Below, piece by piece: positions 1 through 13,600 of a DNA stretch of 64,000 nt. The stretch comes from Podarcis melisellensis. Lineage: Eukaryota. Each line of letters starts with the position of its first letter. Within the stretch, counting starts at the first letter, position 1. Below the pieces are notes generated by a model. That model was not told the DNA's origin and did no database searches. It saw only the letters and a program-made list of their open reading frames with translations. Both the position numbers and the translations under genes were made by a program. Location of the stretch: NCBI GenBank assembly GCA_964234715.1, contig OZ174290.1; one strand, given 5' to 3'.

Positions 1-80
1 AGACCCAAAGCCAAATCGCTGCACATTCATGCCTGCAAACAGCAGTTGGTTTGCATTCTAATTGTATGCATCTTTTTTAG

Positions 81-292
81 TGAGTTCCCCACCGAGGCAA
101 ATACAGAAGAGTTCACAGCGGCAATAGCAACAATGGATGATGAAGAGGAGGAACAGGAAGAAGATGAGGAAGAAGTGGTGGTAGATCGGGATTACTATTA
201 TGATGGCTATAAAGATTACAATGAGGAGCCTCCGACAGAACCAAGCAATGAGAAATCGCTTGCTGAGAAGGAAATAATGAGTGATGTGAAAG
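81..292 (+). CDS. APLP2: APLP2 acidic-domain exon (human exon 6 equivalent)
   Basis: ttttag|TGAG..GTGAAAG|gtaaac; [10 protein letters not shown]...[23 protein letters not shown]...SDVK. Confidence 0.93.
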
Positions 293-3200
293 GTAAACAG
301 CCACATTGCAGCTCACTCAGCTCTTCTTTATTCCAGTAGCTGTCAAATTGATCTTGCCAATCCATATGTTGAATGTTCCACTTCTAGTCTAGTAGCCTTT
401 TTCCTATTTGGATGTTTTAATTGCCAAATAGGTCAGTGGAGAAGAGCTTGTATGCCATTCATTAGAGACTAGTCTTTTCCTTCCCCCAAATTGTGGGACA
501 TACAGTGCCTACTTGCCAAGTGTATCACTGGCAACTCTTACCTCTGGCACTCTCTCTTGGGACTACCTTGAAATAGCTTTCTGCTATCTAATTTTTGAAA
601 ACATTGCAAATCAAAACATTGTTGTTTTTAAAATATGGGTTACTTGGGTGAAAAGTTATTCAGATTTTCTCCTTCATAGAAAAACTAGGAAGAATACTAT
701 CAAAAATGATTGAATGGTTTGTCATTTATACATTTCTATGTATGCTACAGTTTATCCATCAGTCAGCCCATCTATCCCAAAGTGGGGCAAGCTTAGTATA
801 AGCAGTTTTGCTTTTGGCTACATGCTCTTATAGTGACATTTACAGCAGGCCAGTTAACCGTATCGGCATAAAATGTAGATAAATTCAGATTGTCAAACAG
901 ATGCCAGCAACTCCTGTAACCTTGCAGGTACAAACTCTTTGGTAAGCTTCCAGAATACCATGATTTCACTTGCTGGAAGTAAAGCTTAGTACGTGTGGAA
1001 GGGCCACCTGGGATCTGCATGCTTTCCTAGCTGGTTACGCTTTTCCCCTTCAGTATGATACCTTCAATATTTCAAATTGCACCAAGTAAGCACTCTTTCT
1101 CAAAGAACAACAACCTGAAAACCACAATTGAGTAGTCAGACTTTTTTTGGTGGTTGGGGGGGCAGGGTTTGGGGAAAACAAACATACACGCACACACATA
1201 ATTTTTCTGACTCAAACAGCTGTTAGTTAGCCAGTGTCTCCTAAAGCCTCTCTAATGTGAAGCAAATGGGATTAAGGTGCACCAGTTTTTGTGACTGATG
1301 TATGTCAGTTCCAAATTTTGGACTTCTCAACATGGTGCAAATATATAGCCAAAAGGAAGCCATGCAGTAGGAAATGCTCTTGAGGAATGATGAAACGCTT
1401 TAGCTTCCTTGCTTCTGCCTTCTGTAATTGTTCCTCAGATGACAAAATACACTTTATGACAAATACACTTTTGCTATGTAGAAGAGCAAATTTTCAAGCT
1501 TAAATTTATAACATTATCAGAAAGTAGGCTTTAAATCCAAAAGTAACTTTCTTCCATGTGCGTAGCATTAATAGTCAAATTGTTTCTATGCTTCCATTCA
1601 AATATGTTGGAGTACAGAATGCCATCCATATTATGTGGATATATTTCAATGCTTGAAAGAAATGGTCTCAAATTCACACTCCCCTCCTAAATTTACCGTG
1701 TGCGTTCCAGGTTTATCGCCAAAGGTGAGAACTAGGGCAGAGCCTCAGCTTTTAGGAACTTCTAACCCAATAAGACATGAATGATTCCACTCTCCTGAGG
1801 TCCCTTGATCCCCTGGTGGTGGGAGTGGTTGAAGCTACCAAGTCTGCTACCATATTGAAGGTCTTTTTATTACAATGTTCTAGGCTTTTAACCAGTGTGA
1901 CATGGCCATTTAGGACACACACTCCCCCAAATGAAGTTATGGGCTTATTTTCCACAGTAGATGATCATTTCATATGCTCAAAGCAGTATTTGTGGATTCT
2001 TCAGACAGTTTTCCAAGTTGCACCATTTACCTAGAAAGGTGCTGAAAGGTAGCAGACACAAAGCATTAGCTATGGTTGAGAAAGGGAAAGGCTAAGCTGA
2101 AGGAACTGAGGCAGCAAAGGAAATTCCTCGTCCACCGATATTATCCTTTCTGGGAAGCAGGAAGAATAAAACATTTTGCCACATAACCTGCCTAACCTGG
2201 TTGCTAACCACAGAACGTCTTTTGCATGAACTGAATGGAAGCTTTGGGACAATTGTTTGCATGGTGCAATGTGGCCTAGATGTTTCTGTGCTGCAAAATA
2301 TTTTTTTCTTCCTACTTCCCCTTTGTGGAAGTGGCACAGATGAAGTTGAGTGGGATAGCGTTATCATCACTGGGCCTACGTTTGGCCCTAGTAAACAGAT
2401 TTTTCTTTTCAGTGATGGGAAAACTGGAAGCTTGTGGATAATGGATCTGTAGCACCCCAGGCAAATGTCAGTTCTTCAGCTAAGACTAACCTAGAGCCAT
2501 CGCTGCTGTTGTAATAGCTTAGCTAAGCTGTGCTTGTCACCAGCTGATGCTTTAACCATCTCCCACACAGCTGTCTGCTCCCAGGAGGCGATGACAGGTC
2601 CCTGCCGGTCTGTGATGCCTCGTTGGTACTTCGACATGTACAAGAAAAAGTGCATTCGCTTTATATATGGAGGCTGCGGAGGAAACAGGAACAATTTTGA
2701 GTCAGAGGACTATTGTATGGCTGTGTGTAAAAAGATGAGTAAGTCCTGCCTCCCACCTGCCCTCTTGCAGCAAGCTGTTGTCCTGTCTGTCTTCTCATCC
2801 TTGACCAGGTCAAGGAAAGAGCTGTGTGTAGCCTTGTTCTATGAATCCTGGTGTCTGCTGAAACGCTGTCTGTCCTGCAGTAGTCTTTATTGTCTGTGCT
2901 GCTTTAGGTTTTAGGTCCAGCTTATGTTTCTGCAGCTTGGGAAGACTGGCTTCCCCTTCACACACTGGTCTGCTTCTCTAAACGCATCTCACCTTTGCAA
3001 GGTCAATGAAGGCTCAATTGATCCCTTTCTACTTTTTGCAGTTGGAATTGAACATTTTTGTTTCTTAAAACTGCTGCCCTTGTTCACCTCAGCTGACCTC
3101 CTTTCTTACTCCCTTCCCATGGAATCCTGCATCCTTTCAAATACTTCCTCCATATGTAGCTACTGGTATGAGATACACGCTGGTACTCTCCCTCTCCCCC

Positions 3201-4571
3201 CACCCTTTTTTTGAATGGAAGATAACTGCTTCATTTTCTGCACCATTAGAAATATGAGCTGCAGCTTGATGACTCTATTTGATAGCTTGAGGCTTTTGCC
3301 TCCTCTCACAATAAAATATCCCCCCAAAAATTAAGTTATTGTTAAATTCCAGCACTTTCCTTTTTGGCTGTTGCAGAGGCCTTTTGAAAGGCTTTTTTGT
3401 GCTTTCTAGGGCTTGGCAGTCTGTCTATACAGCAGTAATCCTGTTTACAAAATGGGTTCCATGCAAATGCTTTTGATTAGGTTGATCTGATTGAAGTGGT
3501 GGAATAAAAGATGCGGATGTCAGGAGCTTTTTGGACAAAAGTTCATCCCATCCGAGAAGGATTTGGGGGTGGAAATTGGAGCCTCCATATCAAAGCCTGA
3601 TTCAGAAACACTAAACAGTATGCGACACATCCAGTCTCGGCTTCCATCTGCAGAGAGAGAGAGAGAGAGAATGCCTTTTTACATGTGCAATGTGTGCTGT
3701 CTTGCCACTGTTTCACTTAATGCTTACCATGTTGAACTAAAAATGTTGTGGGTTCAAGTGCTGTGTTGCAACTCCCGCTCAGGGCTTTATACAAGGTATT
3801 GGATGAAATGTGCAGTTCTGTGAACAAAATCTTTCTGCCTGAAAGCAGTTCAATTTGATATGAGATTTATTGACTTCAAAATGGATTGATCCAGGTGATC
3901 AGAATTTGTGATGAACTCATTCTTGCATAGATATTGAGTGATGGCTCTCATTTACTTAAAGTATATTTTTATTTCCTTAAAACATTAGTACCCCGTCTTT
4001 TTACCAAATGTATGCAAGGCAGCTAATCAAATAATTGAACAAGAACAATATTTTGAGAATAGCTTAAAATGCTTCGGGAGGAAGAAGATAGAAGCCCAAG
4101 TAGATATAATTCTTTGTCATCATCTTGGGGTGGGGTGGGGATATCGGAATTCAAACTCTGGAATGCAAGCATTGGTTGCGACAACAGGAAAAAGTTCTGT
4201 CCCCGGTGACAGTATTGGTTCAGATAGCATGGGTACCTGGAGCAGGACCATTGATCTCTGCACAGAAGCAGGTTTATATGAGAAACAGCAGTCCTTCAGA
4301 TATCCTGGTCCTAGATGGTTTGATGATTCCTAACACTAATTGCTCTTTGCTTCAAAATGGGTCAGGATGCAGACCATGTCCCAGCAATAAGCTGGAAAAG
4401 GCATAAACAATAACCTGTCACTTAAAGATAATACTGTAGCATGAACAACTGTTAGGAAAGTCCTAATGGCACAAATATGGTCTAGTCTCATCCTTTCCAC
4501 TTTGGAAAGCTGTCCAATTTGCTGCAAAGGCAATGTTTTTACTGTGCCTCTTTGTGCTTTGTGCTTCATAG

Positions 4572-4663
<92 letters not shown>

Positions 4664-7600
4664 TATGCCATATCACCTGATAAAGTTATTAGGGGTAAAT
4701 GAAGTTTGAAGTGTGTAAATCTCTCCTTGGGGACTGAATATCTGAAAAATCTGGACATTTCTGCACTAACGATCTGTGGGTAGTTTCACTGAGCAACAAA
4801 TGTATGCAGCCTTGCATAAACCTCTTGCGAGATTAAAAGCAGCATTCTAAGCAACGGTTTGGTTACTGATCCTGCATAATACTTGCCCACTGTTGGAGAA
4901 TGGGGTGGTTTTAGAGATATCCCGGTATGTTATTTGTCTTCCCGTAATACCGTGTGAGGTGCTGTAGAAAATTGGCAATTGATAGAAGCGAGAAAGGAGT
5001 TCTGGAAGGGATTGTTAAAGCCTGTTTCTGAGAGGGGAATCACTGGCAGCATGTTCCCCTGCCCTGGCACCCTTAGGTACAGCAGCAGCTGACTGATCCA
5101 GGGCCATTGACACAACGGGTCCTGTCTTCTGTCTTCTCCCCAGTTCCTCCTACTCCTGTGCCTACTGATGATGTGGATGTCTACTTTGAAACACCAGCCG
5201 ACGACAATGAGCATGCCCGTTTCCAGAAAGCAAAAGAACAGCTAGAGGTTCGACATCACAACCGCATGGATCGGGTGAGCCTCCTCTTAAACTGTAGCAT
5301 GGCTGCCCTTATTCTACAAATTCAACTCTGCAACCTCGTTGTGGCTAGCCAGCTGTCTCCAAGCCATCGACTTTAGGCTTTTGCTTTTTAGTTGGGCCAA
5401 GTATTTTTTTTTAAAGTTATCTTTTTGGATAGTAAAAGCAATAAACCCTCCAAGCCAAATTGCTCCCTTGAGAGCCTATATTAGAATTGTCTTTCCACAA
5501 CAGGAATTTTTCTCTGCAGCTTTCTGTTAAACCTTTAACAAATAGTTTTTGGTATTTTTGTTTTTGTTTTGTTTTTTAAAAATATGTTTATATTGGAAGC
5601 AGCTGTGGAAATTGTATTGAGTGGTGTATTAAATAACCTAAATGAACTTAGTGTGTTACATGTGGATCAGTCACGCTTCTCCTCACAGACCAGATTTGTG
5701 TCTCTTTCTGACCTGTTTAGGTGAAGAAGGAATGGGAAGAAGCAGAGCGCCAGGCCAAGAATCTCCCGAAGGCTGAGAGGCAAACTCTCATGCAGGTAAA
5801 CTATCATGAAGTTGGTTGTTCTTTCCTAGAGCATGAATGGATGGGTGGCTTTTACAGTTTCCCAACAGTCAGAATAAGACCACTAACTTAAACTGTTTTT
5901 GCCATCTAGCTGTTGACCTAGGGATGTCTCATTTCTCATTCATGGGGTTATTTTTCCGTTCTTGGATTCAGTGCTCCTTAGTACCCACTGCTCTTCTGGA
6001 TGGTAGGAGAAGATGAAATCAACCACTGAGCATGTTGGTGGCTTGTGAAAATAGAACTGTAGAAAACCAGCCATGTTTGCTTCAGCTGAGAGTGCTCAGA
6101 TGTGGCCCATTTGAAGAACCCACAGATTTTATTTGTTCAAAACTGGTGAAAACCCATGAGGATGAGGAAACCACCTTCCTGGTAAAATAGTTTTGAGAAT
6201 AAAATCTGCTGTGGCTTTTCGTTGGTTGTGTTCTGGAAGTTGGTTCATACCAGCCGAGAAACATGTAGAGAACAGAATGGTTTGCAAATGAACAATTCCA
6301 AATTGATTTTCTTCTATTATCTTTTTAAAATTGTGTTTGCCTTTATTGCCTTTAAATTGGTTTGCAGTGGCATAAGCAAATTTGTTTTCTCTTCATGGCA
6401 GAAAATCACAAAATGCCATTTTTTCTAATTTAGCCTTATAAAAATGCAAAGTTTCATAGAAGCTAGTAGCAAAAAAACCACCAGCCTCCTATTCTTCTAA
6501 AATTAAACTGCTCAGTCACTTCATCCTGGAGGATTGTAAGGTTGAGGTTTGGAACCTTAGGAAGTAGTTAAGGCGCTGGACCCTCAGTTCAGACATTATT
6601 TATTTACAGTATTTATGGCCCACTCTTCATTCAATGTTTTCAATCCCAGAGCAGAGAACACATTAATAAAAATGAACAGAGAGAACCAGTATACAAAAAT
6701 TACAAAATCATATAAACAGGACACATAAGCAACTAAACAATTCAATTATAAGGCAAACATACAAAAACAGCAACACAAATTAATATTTCCAATTTAACAA
6801 AATATGGACCTCAAGGTTAGCAGGGCTGCCAGGTAGTTATATTCGGATGGATTTTCTGGCCTATCCCATCTTTCTTCTCCTTACCAGCTGGTAGAGACAG
6901 GGTCTTGAAAACAGCGCCTTAGCAGAAATGCATGGGTTCCTGGAGAGGAGAAAGTGGCTGTTCTGCTTCTCCAATGTTGTGACCACCACCTCCTCTCTGA
7001 GAGGCTGTACATTCACACTAAGCCATGGTTTGGCTATGGACTACATTTGAATTGACCCATTGGCAGGCTTTTGGCAAGCCCTCAACTTGTTTGCTGTCAC
7101 TAAATAGGCAAATGGTCACCAGTACTAAAATAGTTATTCAACTCTGTATCCTGAGAGTGACTGCAGTGTTAGATTATCCACTGACTGCAAGGTTTTTTGC
7201 ATTTTCTGCTCCAAACTAGTTTTGGACTAAGTTGCAAAGACTGTACTCCACCTGCAGAATACACCTACCATGATATAGATGCCAAATCTGTCTCCCAGGC
7301 GTCTTTCAGGTGCTTTCTGACTAAATGCATCTGAAAGTAGCTAATCAGAATAGCAGTAATTAATCTCTTTGCCACCTGTTAACTGCACCATTTTCCTTCT
7401 GCAGCGATTCCAGGCAATGGCTAAATCTCTAGAGAAGGAAGCAGCCAGTGAGAAGCAGCAGCTGGTGGAGACTCATCTCGCTCGTGTGGAAGCCATGCTG
7501 GATGACCGCCGTCGCATTGCCCTGGAAAATTACCTAGTTGCTCTGCAGACTGATTCTCCACGGGTACGTTCCCCTTGGGATGTTTCAAGTACATGCATTA

Positions 7601-10600
7601 AAGGGAAGGCCAGGAGTGTCTGGAAGAAGTGCAAACATTGACAGCTAGTGGAAGAAAAGGGTGGGTGGGTGGGAAGAGAGGCAATAATTGATTGAGCAGC
7701 TGTAAGGTAGGCATTCTGGGTGTATAGCATTAGTATAATGGCTGCTGAATTTTCCTATAAATCTGAATCCTGTCCAGTTATGTCTTGCCTGGCCTAGCTC
7801 CAGCTTCTTGCCTGTGGTGCAGCAGCAGCTCATGTGTCTAGTCCTCGCTATATCACAATATTTTAAGTGTGCTTTGGCTTGCTTTTCATATAAAGCAGAT
7901 GGACCTTAAGGGGCACAGTTGAAATCACTGGACTATCTTCCATTCTCTATTGGCTCATCAGTTTGCTTTAACTTCTACAGCCTCACCGTATCCTGCAAGC
8001 CCTGAAGCGTTACGTCCGGGCAGAGAACAAAGACCGCCTGCACACGATCCGCCATTACCAGCACGTTTTGGCTGTTGATCCAGAAAAGGCAGCGCAGATG
8101 AAATCGCAGGTACAGAGTAATCCCCGGGAAACATTTTGTCCCATGTTTTAAGACCCACTCCTAGCTGGGTGTTGCAGTTTATCTCTTCTGCCTCAATGTG
8201 CAGACTTTGAGCTGGTTTGGACATCACAATGAACCATAGTCCTTCTGTGCATTTTTGGTATTAACCTGGGATGTGCCTGTTAAACAAAAATAGTGCCTAT
8301 TTACATTAACCAGAGTTACACAGCTGGGGTGGGTTACTTTTGGGTGCCAGCTGGAGCATAGATGAAACATGGCCACTTCTTGAACTGACAGCACCCATCC
8401 CTGATGCATCATTTATTTTGTTGTGCCCATACTGACTCTGTGCTTGTCCTGCCGGCTTGTTGACTGTAATCACTTTCTTGGATTTCTCATGCATCTTTTG
8501 CTTTTACTACTTGCCAAAACCTTCTCCCCTTCTTAGCAGAAGTATAGCTTGAGTCTTGAGGCAAAGCATAGAAGCATTTGATCACTTACCCAAGGCTTCG
8601 TTTTTGAGGAGCAAATTTTCCTCATTCTTTTCAATATAGGGAAAGGAAATTGTAACACCTCTCTCATGCATTATCCACCAAGCTACCTCTCTGAGCAATT
8701 TTGCATTCTTGTTTTAAATTTTGTTTCATAGCCAGGATTGTCGTCTTTGTGACTGAGAGGGTGAGAAGGAAAAAAGGGAAAGCATTAGAAGGCCTTGCCA
8801 AGGTCAAACAAGGTCACTAGCAGAGCTGGAAGCCAGTTTTCTGTAAGATGGGTGCCTTGCTGCTAGACAGCGCTGCTTCTGAGCTCTGCCAAGTGATGTT
8901 CTTTCAAAGAAAAGAACTGCCAAAGGTGATAAGTGGTTATTTTGCGTTGAATTCAGTAACTTACATTGTCTGCTTGAGAAGCAGGACTGGAGCATGAACC
9001 CAATTTCACCCAGCAGCAGTGGAAAATGCTTTCCCATTTGCTTAGATTGCTTAGTTTGGTAAATCTGAAATCCATGCTGCAGATCTAAGTGTATTCACAT
9101 TTGTACTCTCCAGTGCTGGGGAGTTTTCTGAATGTTTTCCCTTTAGTCATTTGATTGACAAATGTTTCCCTATTCTTTAGTTTTGGCCCATCCTACTCGG
9201 ATACCTTTTCTGTCATGCAGACTTGTCTTCCCAGGGGATGGAGTCCTGTCTTCACACAGCCATCTCACTTGATTGAGCAGTGTCCCTGCTTGCAAACTGG
9301 AGGCTTAAGCCACGATGGGCAGGCTGTGTCGTTGACCAATTGACATGCAAGGGACATGGGTGGTCCCTTTCGATTCCTTACATTTTGGATTCACATCAAG
9401 CTCCTCGATCGATCCAGGAGATTGACAGACTGCCACGTGGAAAATTAAATTGCTTTCCTTCTTCTCTTTAAAAGTCAGATACACTTCAGACCATAAGAAG
9501 CAGTTCATTAGTGTTCCAGCTTGGTTATCCATATTAATGCATTCCATATCAGCTCCGTAGAATCCATTAATGTGCAGCACCCTCTGCAGGTCAAATACAC
9601 GGTAGCCATAAATTCAAGAAGCCAGTGGGAAAGGTTGTGCTTGTGTACAGAAACAGGAACCTGGGTTGTAGATATGAAACCACACCCGGCCATTTTGTCC
9701 AGGCAAGCCTCCCTGAACAAAGGCCAGCATTGTAAGAGAATGTTACTGCCTCTGCTTTGAACAAAGTGCTGTTAAGCTATGTAACCTCTCCTGAGAAAGC
9801 TGTTGCTTAGAGTAATGGGGGGGGGGGGAGAGCATTATTTTATGCTAGTTGTATTGGAAGCATAAGCATGACCCTTCAGATCTATATATAGATTCATGCA
9901 GATTTTTCTTCTGCTACATAATAGAAATTATTGCTGGGTCTGGAAGGAGTCTTCCTTTGCCATGCACCCAACTGGACAAACTTCTGAGGTTCTCAGGGTT
10001 ATGGCTTAAATTCCAGGGAAACTGGATCTTTTCTCACAGTAGAGAACCTGCTATTCTTCTCCTTTTCCTCACCATTGCTTTAGCAACAACAATGAAAGTT
10101 TTCTTACATCCTATATTAGGGTGAAACCCAATGCCTGGGTTGCCCAGTTAAGGTGACCTACAGGTGATATCATTGCTTTGCACAGTGCATAGTTATCTTA
10201 TGGGTTCCTCAGTCACAGCATGTGGTGATGAACACTAGCTTAGATTGTATCTTTCTATGTAAAGATTAAGAACAGCCCTCCTGGATCAGGAGAAAGGCCT
10301 ACCTAGTCTAGCAGAATACAGTAAACTAAAACATCTACTATGCAGAATACAGTAAACCAGATACTTCTGGAGAGCCCAAATGCAGAATTTGAGTACAAGA
10401 GCACTCTCCCCGCTTGTGAATCCCAGAAGCTGCCTCTGACAGTGGAGGTGGAATATAGCCATCATGGCTAGTAGCCAGTGGCAGCGAATGTGAGGATTCT
10501 AAAACTCTTTATCTCTAGAGCAGACTTACTTGTTTAAGTAAAAATAGAATTGATACTCTTTGTGAACTCTGCCCTCTCTCTTGGTAGGTCATGACGCATC

Positions 10601-13600
10601 TCCATGTGATTGAAGAGAGAATGAACCAAAGTCTGTCCCTGCTCTACAAGGTACCTTATGTGGCAGAAGAAATCCAAAGTGAGATTGGTTAGTACCTTTG
10701 ACCTCTTTTTACGATCCCTAAGCTAGTTCGCCAAAAGCACCAAAGCATTTTGGCACCTGAGATCAACAACAACAACAAAATAGCAGTACAAACCAAGTAT
10801 ATACTTGTGAAAAGTTCCACCCCGAGTATCTAGCAAATTATTTCCTCCATAGACGAATAAAAATAATCCTGACTCGAATCCAAGAGGTTGTGTTGAGTTT
10901 CTTGGAAACATCTTCATAGGACAACACTTTCTAACTAACTGAGCAACTACTGCTTACAGATGAGCTCCTTCAAGAACAGCGGGCTGACATGGACCAGTTT
11001 ACATCTTCCATCTCCGAATCCCCTGTGGACGTCCATGTGAGCTCCGAAGAGAGTGATGAGTCTCCCCTTTTTGATGGCAAGCCCTTCCGTCCATTCCAGG
11101 TGAAAACTTTCCCAGCCTCACTGGAAAATGAAGGTATGTAAAATTGTGAAAGTGCTGCTGTATCTGGCCTCAGCTGACACCATAGATCAGCTAGCCAGGT
11201 TAACATACTTGTCCTCACTTTTATTCTGGATATTTTTCTTGCCAGAGCTGCTTTAAAAGTAGCTCCTGACAAAAGAGCAAGTAGGCAACTGGTTTCTAAT
11301 TGTGTCAGACGTTGTCATGTTGAGGCGCCTCCAATTCTATATTCCTTTTTAAGTTTAGTATTCTGATTTTAATTTGAGCACATGACAGTGCAATAATGAT
11401 CTAGCTTTGCTTTCTTCCCCGGATGCTTATTTTATTTTGAAGCTTGGCTGTGAATTAATTCCCATTTTCTTTCATAGGGCCCTTAGCCCAAGCTCAGTTT
11501 CATTGCACCTGTTGCTTGCTTTCTGGTGTTCAGAAGTTGGAATAAAACAAAAGAAGCTAGAACTTGCTATTAATCTAAATGTTGCCCAGGATCTGAGTTA
11601 GAAATCGTACACAAGCCTTTTTCTTTTCTCTCCTCTTAATCTCCTTTCTCTGCTATTTTTTTTTTTTTGTTGTTCTTGTGTTTTCCCGCCTGCTATAGAT
11701 TCTCAGCCGGATTTGTACCATCCAGTGAAAAAAGGTTGGTTCTAAGCTGATCCCTCAAAACGCCTTCTGTCATGCCCCCTGCCTTTCCAGTGTGTTCTGA
11801 TAGCTTTTGCTTTTAGTTTCATAACATCAACTTCCACCTCCCTCCCTTCTGCTGATATAAAGCTTCAGAGATTAAAGTAGCCACCCCCTGTGCAGAACGA
11901 GTCAGTTTGGCTGCCTCTGATTAGTTGACTAATGTTTCAATCATGGTAAACGGTATACATACAGTGTTGGTAACACTGTAATACTGGCTTTAGATATGAG
12001 AGTTTGGTGTTCTCTAGCATTGGTAGTAGCATAGTGCTGTGAATGCTAATCAGTTTGTTTTTAGAGCTACTTGGGTGAAATATCAGTTTTATTTTAATTG
12101 CACTTTCCCATCTGTTCTGCATCATAAACATTATATGAAATGACAAAGCTTGAGTTGGGCAGATCTTTTGGAATTCTACAGGTTAAAATATGTCCTACTC
12201 TGTACAGAAAGACAGAACACTGCTATTCTGTATGAAATACCTTGCAAGGCGTGTTGACCCACAGTGTTTCCAATGGACAAGGCATATTTGCCAAAATGCA
12301 CACAGCTGCAAATTCCATAAGCCTTCTTTCATTGGGGTTTTAGACCCATGTGCAGGATCCTTTCCTCAGTTTCTCTTCTGGTGTGTTTATTTTTACTGAC
12401 TTATGTTCCAAGTCCTGCTTTGTAGCAAAAGCTTCTTTTTGAACAAAGGGTGCAACAACTGCTTAGAAGCTGTCCTCTTCTCAATGTGGGCTGTTTTGCA
12501 TTTCAGCACCTCATAGTGGTATTAAGGACTGACGCTCTTTACTCTTTTCTACAGTGTATCAGGCTTTGTTTTATAATTACTGACTCTGAAGCTACTAGGA
12601 AAATCTTAGCAAGTCTCATGCCTCTTGAATCAAGTTTCAACATGAATAAGCAACCGGTGTAGCTGCTTCAGGAAAAGGGTTATGCTAATTCCGAGAGCTG
12701 CCTTAGCTAGCACCAATGTTCTGCTGCAGACCAACTTCAAGGGCAGTCCCACATAAAATGCATTGTAATAGTCTAATCTGGAGGTCACCAGAGCATGGAA
12801 TCCAGTGGCCAAGTCAATCCTGTGCAGAAAGAGCTGGAGCTGGTGCATCAGCTGGAGCTAGAAATAGACTCTCCTGTCCAACAAGGCCACCCAAGCCTCC
12901 AGCAACAAATGATGGATTGAGGAGTTCTTGCAAGCTATGCACCTGCTCCTCCTTGTGGACAGCAACCATGTACAGAGCAAGCCATTTCCTTGCAAACATA
13001 ACACCTCTGTCTTACCTGAATCCAGCCTCAATTTATTGGCCCACATCCAGCCCATCGCCACCTCCAAACCCGGAACACAATTGAAGCTCTTGTCCATTGA
13101 AATTGATTGGGTCTGTCTTCATAACTGCCCTGGAGTGAGCTTCACCTCACTAGGTAAACATGGCTGACCCAAACCAAGAGGAAACAGAACATTTTGCAGT
13201 CCATTCCTAGCTGAGTTGAGGCAGCTGTGAACTGTGGTGCATTTGTTTCTGCCTTCCTTTCCTGTTTTGTTTTTTGTTTTTGTTTTTTTAGCACAGTGCC
13301 TGCCAGCTAGCGCTGCTTTTTACCCAGAGATGTATGTGAGATATAAAGAGCTTTTCCTCCAACAACTATTCCACTTAAGGCTGTTAAATGGTGCAGAACT
13401 ATCTAATGGTACCTGTCTTAGCTGCTGAATTCCCTGCCCGAAGCCTTTGCTGTGCTGGCTCCTGAGAACTGGAAGTGCCAGAGAAAGGCCTATAAACGCC
13501 TGAGGTTGACTAACCTGGAATGGTTAGGCTGAAAGTCTTTAGAAAATATCAATGATTGACTTTCACACTAAAAAAGCTACCAGGCTTAGTGAGCAAGGTA

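Noticed and set aside
1385-1445. Box C-like ATGATGA in an APLP2 intron (possible snoRNA)
   Set aside because: No suitably placed box D (CTGA) or terminal stem
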